Positions 58,925 through 64,000 of a stretch of 64,000 nt of DNA are shown here, piece after piece. Positions within the stretch are counted from its first letter, which is position 1. Every line of letters starts with the position of its first letter. The notes below the pieces were generated by a model. It saw only the letters and a list, made by a program, of their open reading frames with translations. It had not been told where the DNA came from and did not search any database. The position numbers were made by a program, and so were the translations under genes. The DNA is from an uncultured Gammaproteobacteria bacterium. GTDB taxonomy: Bacteria; Patescibacteriota; Microgenomatia; UBA10105; UBA927. Where the stretch lies: assembly GCA_964573695.1 (NCBI GenBank), contig CAZNKB010000004.1, positions 14,214 through 78,213 on the forward strand, in the 5' to 3' direction.

Positions 58925-59317
58925 ATGTTTTCTCCTTCCAATAGACTTCTCTCCAAGGATATTCCCTTTGTTATGAAAACAGGTTTTCATATACGCGCAG
59001 TGGGCATAGAAGTTGTCTATCTTATGCGTCAGGCCGACCCGCGTTTTGTCCCGCAAAACGGGACTCCACTCTCAGAGCCTCGTTTCGCCATAATTGTTTC
59101 TTCGAAAGTAGATAAACGGGCAACTCGACGGAATCGGATGAAACGGCTTGTACGTGAGGCGTTGCAGGATTTACTGCCTTTCATAACGAAGGGGTTTTGC
59201 GCAGTTTTTGTCGTGCGTTCTCGATTGCCAGATACAGAAGAGGAAGTGCGTGAATTGATACACAACACGCTCAACACACTCAACACACATTGGATATTGA
59301 AGGGATCAACGACATGA
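58925..59317 (+). CDS. rnpA: Ribonuclease P protein component
   Basis: [26 protein letters not shown] (RNR motif); follows rpmH. Confidence 0.9.
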   Translation: MFSPSNRLLSKDIPFVMKTGFHIRAVGIEVVYLMRQADPRFVPQNGTPLSEPRFAIIVSSKVDKRATRRNRMKRLVREALQDLLPFITKGFCAVFVVRSRLPDTEEEVRELIHNTLNTLNTHWILKGSTT

Positions 59318-59559
59318 AGCACCTAATACTGCGTGCCATACGGTTCTATCAGAGATATCTTTCGCCAGATACCGGCGTGTTTCGAGCGCTTTGGCTCGTG
59401 GATAGCGCGTGCCGTTTTTACCCGACGTGCAGTGAGTATACGTATCAAGCGGTCGATCACTATGGTATAATGCGAGGACTGTATATGGGATTGAGGCGAA
59501 TTCTCCGTTGTCATCCCTGGTCAAAAGGTGGAGTTGATCCTGTGCCGAGCGAATCATAA
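59314..59559 (+). CDS. yidD: Membrane protein insertion efficiency factor YidD
   Basis: [37 protein letters not shown]. Confidence 0.93.
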   Translation: MKHLILRAIRFYQRYLSPDTGVFRALWLVDSACRFYPTCSEYTYQAVDHYGIMRGLYMGLRRILRCHPWSKGGVDPVPSES

Positions 59560-59565
59560 CGACGT

Positions 59566-60369
59566 ATGACAAACCCAACACTTTGGAACCAATTATTTGT
59601 ATGGCCGATTGTCAATCTGCTAGTCGGATTTTACAAATTATTTGAGTGGCTCAGCGTGCCGGGGGCATTGGGATTTGCCGTTATCGCTCTTACGGTAGTT
59701 ATCCGCTTGCTTCTTTATCCTCTTATGGCGGCTCAAATGAAGTCCGCAAAAAAAATGCAGAAGCTAAAGCCTCATCTTGATGCGCTCAACATAAAACACA
59801 AAGATGACAAAAAAGCGCTGCAACAAGCGCAGCTGGATTTATATAAAACGCATGGAGTAAATCCCGCGGCAGGGTGTCTCCCCCTTCTTATTCAGATGCC
59901 GGTACTCATCGCTCTTTACAACGTGTTTTATCAAGTGCTTCAAAACGGTAATGCGGCGAAATTGGTTTCGGACCTTAACGCTATTTTATATATTCCAGTA
60001 CTTCATCTAACGAGTCTTGATTTGTCATTTTTCGGTACGAATCTTGGTGTGAAACCAAGCTCATGGCAGACGGACGGTTGGTGGTTGCTTCTCATTCCCG
60101 TCATTACTGCGGGATTACAGTGGTACCAAAGCAAGCTTATGTTGCCGCAGGCCGGTTTGTCTGATAATGGGCAGAAAGCGCAAGTCACCAAGACTGATGA
60201 GAAGAAGCCTGAAGATACCGCAGCGGAAATGCAGAAGCAAATGGCCATGATTACGCCTGTTATGTTCGGTATGTTTGCCTATCAATTTCCATTGGGACTT
60301 GCTCTCTACTGGAACGTTTTCGGGCTTTTTGGTATCATGCAGCAACTCCGAATAAACGCGGAGAAATAA
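59566..60369 (+). CDS. yidC: YidC/Oxa1 membrane insertase (short form)
   Basis: GFAVIALTVVIRLLLYPL, GVNPAAGCLPLLIQMPVLIALY, PLGLALYW. Confidence 0.93.
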   Translation: MTNPTLWNQLFVWPIVNLLVGFYKLFEWLSVPGALGFAVIALTVVIRLLLYPLMAAQMKSAKKMQKLKPHLDALNIKHKDDKKALQQAQLDLYKTHGVNPAAGCLPLLIQMPVLIALYNVFYQVLQNGNAAKLVSDLNAILYIPVLHLTSLDLSFFGTNLGVKPSSWQTDGWWLLLIPVITAGLQWYQSKLMLPQAGLSDNGQKAQVTKTDEKKPEDTAAEMQKQMAMITPVMFGMFAYQFPLGLALYWNVFGLFGIMQQLRINAEK

Positions 60370-60377
60370 TAATTACT

Positions 60378-60827
60378 ATGGAAGATACACAAACAGTGGC
60401 GCATATCGTAGAAGAGGTCTTGGGTAAACTCGAAATAGTAGGCTCTGTTTCGGTTTCCACAGACGAGACGGGAGCATTTCGTGTGGGTATTGAAACGGAA
60501 GAAACGGGATTACTCATCGGACACCACGGAAAAACTCTCGAAAGTCTCCAGCTTATTCTGGGTATTATAGTTTCCAAATCGCTTGGTCGGTGGGTAAAAG
60601 CATATGTGAATGTCGGCGATTATCGTGAGAAACGAGAAGAGACTCTTATGCATATGGCTCAGCGTGCGGCAGATCGCGCGCTCGCACTTGGTAGGCCGGT
60701 AGAATTAGCAAGGTTGACTCCCGCTGAAAGAAGAATTATTCATCTTACGCTTTCCGGTGACGATCGCATCGAGACCGAGTCGATTGGTGAGGGCGACGAT
60801 CGCACTCTACTCGTAAAACCCAAATAA
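60378..60827 (+). CDS. jag: Jag/KhpB RNA-binding protein (KH + R3H only)
   Basis: LLIGHHGKTLESLQ, NVGDYR, ERRIIHL.L, TESIGEG..R; follows yidC. Confidence 0.88.
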   Translation: MEDTQTVAHIVEEVLGKLEIVGSVSVSTDETGAFRVGIETEETGLLIGHHGKTLESLQLILGIIVSKSLGRWVKAYVNVGDYREKREETLMHMAQRAADRALALGRPVELARLTPAERRIIHLTLSGDDRIETESIGEGDDRTLLVKPK

Positions 60828-60856
60828 CCCTCGTATCAAGGGGTATAATAGAAACA

Positions 60857-62188
60857 ATGGCGTTTCATAAGCGATTGTTTTTTTTGCTTCTTGTATTGCT
60901 TCCCACCCAGTTAGGTTTGCATTATTGGCCTGTGTGGGCGGTAGTTCTCGGTAGAAAAATTGATTATCTCTCCCCCACTGTTTATGTAACGGACGTGCTC
61001 GTTGTTTCTTTGTTGCTTTCTTTTGTGGTGCAATACTGGCGAGATGTCAAAAACGCATTTCTCCGCTTATGTTCTCACCGGGTTATACTGGGCGCCGTTG
61101 TTTTTTTGTTGTTTGTTCTCGTAAACATATGGATCGCGCGTGCGCCGGCGGTTTCTATATATAAGTGGCTAAAATTTTTGGAGTATATCGCTCTCGCTTG
61201 GTATATCGTGTATACGAAACCATCGCTTATTTATATGGCCAAGGCCATATCAATAGGAATTTTTTACACGTCGGTACTCACGGTTTTTCAATTTGTGTTA
61301 CAACATTCCGTTGGGGGCCTGCTGTGGTATTTGGGAGAGCGCACGTTTACGCTCGATACGCCGGGAATAGCACGATTTAGTTATTGTTCCCCTTTTGTTT
61401 CAGAATGCCGGCTTATTTTGCGGCCATATGCTACATTCCCCCACCCTAACGTATTGGGTGGGTTTTTGGCAACAGCTCTCCCGTTCCACATTTTTGGGTT
61501 ACCGTTTTGGATTGGAGGTAGAAAATCGTTTTTTCGCATAGTGTATTATTGGGGAACGCTTGTTTTGGGAAGCGTTGCTTTGATTTTAACTTTTAGCCGT
61601 GGAGCGTGGTTTGCCACTGCGGGCATATTATCCGTTTCATTATTTGTATTTTTTTGGGATAAGTTCAAAAAACATACTCTCATCGGAATGTCCGCAAAAG
61701 TTACCGCGGGTATTTTGAGTGCGGCCTTCGTCGTATTTTTCACATTTGTCGCCGTCTTTCGTCCGGGTATCGCGGACGAGAGTGTCGTCCGAAGAATTGA
61801 ACTGAACAAAACAGCAATTAATTTGTGGAGATCATCGCCGGTTTTTGGGATAGGGTTGGGAAATTTTCTTACGGAATTACCAGGGCAAACTCCCGGGAGA
61901 CAAATTAATTTTTTGCAGCCTGTTCATAATATTTACCTTCTCATGCTCTCTGAGGTTGGTTTACTGGGATTAGCAGCATTTATATTGGTACACGCTGTTG
62001 TGTTACGCCGTGCTATATTTGGCCTGCTGGCTAGCCGGATCGTCCCTCGCCAAGCAGGACTTATCTATGTGTTGTCCTGGGGTTTTCTGCTTATGTTAGG
62101 CAACATAGATCACTTCCTTCTTACCTTACAGCAGGGACAACTATGGCTTCTTGTTCTTTTCTCGCTTGTTTGGCAGAGCGAAAAATAA
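60857..62188 (+). CDS. O-antigen ligase-family membrane protein
   Basis: RPYATFPHPNVLGGFL, LTFSRGAW, R.ELN..A..LW..SPVFGIGLGNF, QPVHNIYLL.LSEVG. Confidence 0.85.
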   Translation: MAFHKRLFFLLLVLLPTQLGLHYWPVWAVVLGRKIDYLSPTVYVTDVLVVSLLLSFVVQYWRDVKNAFLRLCSHRVILGAVVFLLFVLVNIWIARAPAVSIYKWLKFLEYIALAWYIVYTKPSLIYMAKAISIGIFYTSVLTVFQFVLQHSVGGLLWYLGERTFTLDTPGIARFSYCSPFVSECRLILRPYATFPHPNVLGGFLATALPFHIFGLPFWIGGRKSFFRIVYYWGTLVLGSVALILTFSRGAWFATAGILSVSLFVFFWDKFKKHTLIGMSAKVTAGILSAAFVVFFTFVAVFRPGIADESVVRRIELNKTAINLWRSSPVFGIGLGNFLTELPGQTPGRQINFLQPVHNIYLLMLSEVGLLGLAAFILVHAVVLRRAIFGLLASRIVPRQAGLIYVLSWGFLLMLGNIDHFLLTLQQGQLWLLVLFSLVWQSEK

Positions 62189-62210
62189 CGAACGTGCTAC
62201 AATGAACCCT

Positions 62211-63509
62211 ATGTTTACCGATTGGTTTCCTAATGGCTCGCTTCGTAGAATCGTGGCAGGAAACACGATAAGCCAGCTCATTGGCCGGGCCGTGAGTTCC
62301 GTGGCGATCGTTGTCGTCAGCTTATTGATCGCAAAACGATATGGTCCCGAGGGGTACGGAGATTTTGTAAAAATCACAACGTACGTTGGATTTTTTTACT
62401 TGGTTGCTGATTTTGGACTAAACGCAGTGTATCTTCAGCGGACAATCGGTAGTGCTAAAGCGAAGGCTCAAGCATCGGCAAAGCCGTGGAGATTATTATT
62501 GGGGCTTCGTTTGGTTGTAAGCATGATATTGGTGGTAGTCGCTCTGGGAATTTTGTCCTTTATGCCGTCCGGTGTCAGTCAGGGGTATACAACACTTGTA
62601 CGAACAGGCATAATTCTGTTCGTCCCTGTTATCGTAGCCCAGGCAGTAACGACCACGACGAATGCTTTTTTTCAGCAGATTCTTCGATACGACCTGTCGA
62701 CGGTTGCCCAAAATATCGGATCGGTTTCCATGCTGCTTGCCGCGGTGGGGCTATCATTTTTCACCCCCGTGGCGGGCCCCTTTCTCGGAATTATTTCTGT
62801 CATTACGGGTAGCGTCGTCACCGCACTTCTCTCCCTTTCTTTGGTGCGTCGACGTTTGGGTATGATCAGGCCGGTAGTTTTGTTGCCTGAATTTGTCACC
62901 TATTTGCGTCATAGCACTCCTCTCGGATTGGCACTCATATTTAACCTCATATATTTTCATTCAGATAGCATTGTGTTGACGTTGACCCGATCGACCCGTG
63001 AAGTGGGTATGTATGGTTTGGCATATAAAATATTTGAGCTGCCCTTGGTGATCCCGATTTTTTTTATGAATTCGGTATATCCTCTGTTGCTCCAAAAAAG
63101 TGATCGTGCAAAGGGAGGCCAGGAACAAATCTTCGGTAGCTCATTTAAATTTTTGCTTGGTAGCTCTGTCGTTATGATGTTTGTGCTGTGGATTGCGGCC
63201 CCTCTGGTGGCGTGGGTGCGGCCTGATTTTGCGGGAGCCCAGGAGCCTTTGCGCATTCTTATTTTGGGGTTGCCTGTTTTTTTTGTCTCTGCGTTATTTA
63301 TGTGGTTTCTTATCGCGCGCAAACAACAGGGGACCCTACTTATGATTCATGGTGCCGCGATGGTGGGAAATATTGTCTGTAATATTGTGTTTATTCCACA
63401 GTATGGTATGTTTGCTGCGGCATGGATAACCATATTGTCGGAGATTTTTGTTTTATTATGTTCTGCCATTGCCGCGACAAGGAATCGCGCGAATTTATTG
63501 ATTTCTTAA
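62211..63509 (+). CDS. Wzx-like polysaccharide flippase (MOP superfamily)
   Basis: NT..QLIGR, YGPEGYG, ADFGL, D.IVL, VGMYGLAYKIFE, N.VFIPQYGMFAAAW.T..SE. Start at ATG 62211 (7 nt after TACAAT) or 62202. Confidence 0.85.
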   Translation: MFTDWFPNGSLRRIVAGNTISQLIGRAVSSVAIVVVSLLIAKRYGPEGYGDFVKITTYVGFFYLVADFGLNAVYLQRTIGSAKAKAQASAKPWRLLLGLRLVVSMILVVVALGILSFMPSGVSQGYTTLVRTGIILFVPVIVAQAVTTTTNAFFQQILRYDLSTVAQNIGSVSMLLAAVGLSFFTPVAGPFLGIISVITGSVVTALLSLSLVRRRLGMIRPVVLLPEFVTYLRHSTPLGLALIFNLIYFHSDSIVLTLTRSTREVGMYGLAYKIFELPLVIPIFFMNSVYPLLLQKSDRAKGGQEQIFGSSFKFLLGSSVVMMFVLWIAAPLVAWVRPDFAGAQEPLRILILGLPVFFVSALFMWFLIARKQQGTLLMIHGAAMVGNIVCNIVFIPQYGMFAAAWITILSEIFVLLCSAIAATRNRANLLIS

Positions 63510-63510
63510 T

Positions 63511-63948
63511 ATGAAATACGTCATCCATACAGACGGGGGAGCCAGAGGAAATCCCGGTCCGGCTGCGATCGGAGTAGTTATTGAATTAGTTACCGGTAAC
63601 GAAGATAGTAACGCACAAGTGATCGCGGAGTTTGGTAAGAAGATAGGGGAGACTACAAACAACACGGCCGAGTATACGGCAGTGGTAGAAGCCTTGAAAT
63701 ACTTCAGTAAGGGCGACGTAACACATCGACCGGGGAAGTCTGACGAAGTGGATTTTTATTTAGATTCGACGTTGGTAGTCAATCAATTGAACGGTCTATA
63801 TAGAGTGAAGGAGCCACATCTTCGTACGCTGCTTTTCACTGTTCGTATGCTTGAGTCGGAGTTAAATTCCCCCATACGATATATATCTGTGCCAAGGGAG
63901 CAGAATCAACGTGCGGATTATTTCGTGAACCGAGCCCTCGATTCATAA
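63511..63948 (+). CDS. rnhA: Ribonuclease HI family protein
   Basis: TDGGARGNPGPAAIG, TNNTAEY, DS.LVVNQLNG.Y.VK, VPREQNQRAD..VN.ALD. Confidence 0.9.
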   Translation: MKYVIHTDGGARGNPGPAAIGVVIELVTGNEDSNAQVIAEFGKKIGETTNNTAEYTAVVEALKYFSKGDVTHRPGKSDEVDFYLDSTLVVNQLNGLYRVKEPHLRTLLFTVRMLESELNSPIRYISVPREQNQRADYFVNRALDS

Positions 63949-64000
63949 CCTGCTCATGTCCGATACTCCTGTTTGTACCTAACGCGCTTCTTTTGTTTGT

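Noticed and set aside
59261-59290. Short 9-nt tandem repeat (CTCAACAC-type) at the 3' end of rnpA
   Set aside because: It is in frame, about three imperfect copies, encoding NTLNTLNT in a variable tail; no functional evidence.
669-63322. Numerous 60-170 aa ORFs antisense to or out of frame within long genes
   Set aside because: They are shadow ORFs of well-supported genes and show no recognisable motifs.
1-64000. CRISPR array, tRNA, rRNA, IS element or integrase
   Set aside because: No regularly spaced repeats, cloverleaf-like segments or transposase/recombinase motifs were seen; intergenic spaces are short. Not computationally scanned.
63956-64000. Possible 3' end of a minus-strand gene (…KQKKRVRYKQEYRT*)
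   Set aside because: Too short at the window edge to support a call.

Overview
Chromosomal window from a small-genome bacterium. The gene content (CPR-type pilin/VirB6/PrgI/VirB4/VirD4 cluster, short YidC, KH-R3H-only Jag, Cys/PT-rich secreted proteins) suggests Patescibacteria, probably Microgenomates; this is an inference. It uses genetic code 11. Layout: (1) 1-15.5 kb, a type IV secretion-like locus with no relaxase in the window, interrupted by a 1211-aa orphan and nadD. (2) 15.5-18.2 kb, dnaN-oriC-dnaA with clear DnaA boxes and a DnaA-trio tract. (3) About 40 kb of surface-glycan and envelope genes separating dnaA from its usual neighbour rpmH. Within it, 39-50.5 kb holds an unusual set: two LysA-like decarboxylases, a threonine-transaldolase-like SHMT homologue, a group II PLP decarboxylase, an aldo-keto reductase, a kinase, a methyltransferase, a LicC-like cytidylyltransferase, a TagF-like transferase and Wzm/Wzt. 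This is the best candidate for an undescribed pathway making a CDP-activated amine/amino-alcohol for the cell surface. (4) murL-murD2, then rpmH-rnpA-yidD-yidC-jag, an O-antigen-ligase-like gene, a flippase and RNase HI. Many genes have a -10 box 6-9 nt before the start codon, suggesting leaderless mRNAs. No rRNA, tRNA, CRISPR array, transposase or integrase was recognised. All family calls come from motifs read by eye, not database searches.
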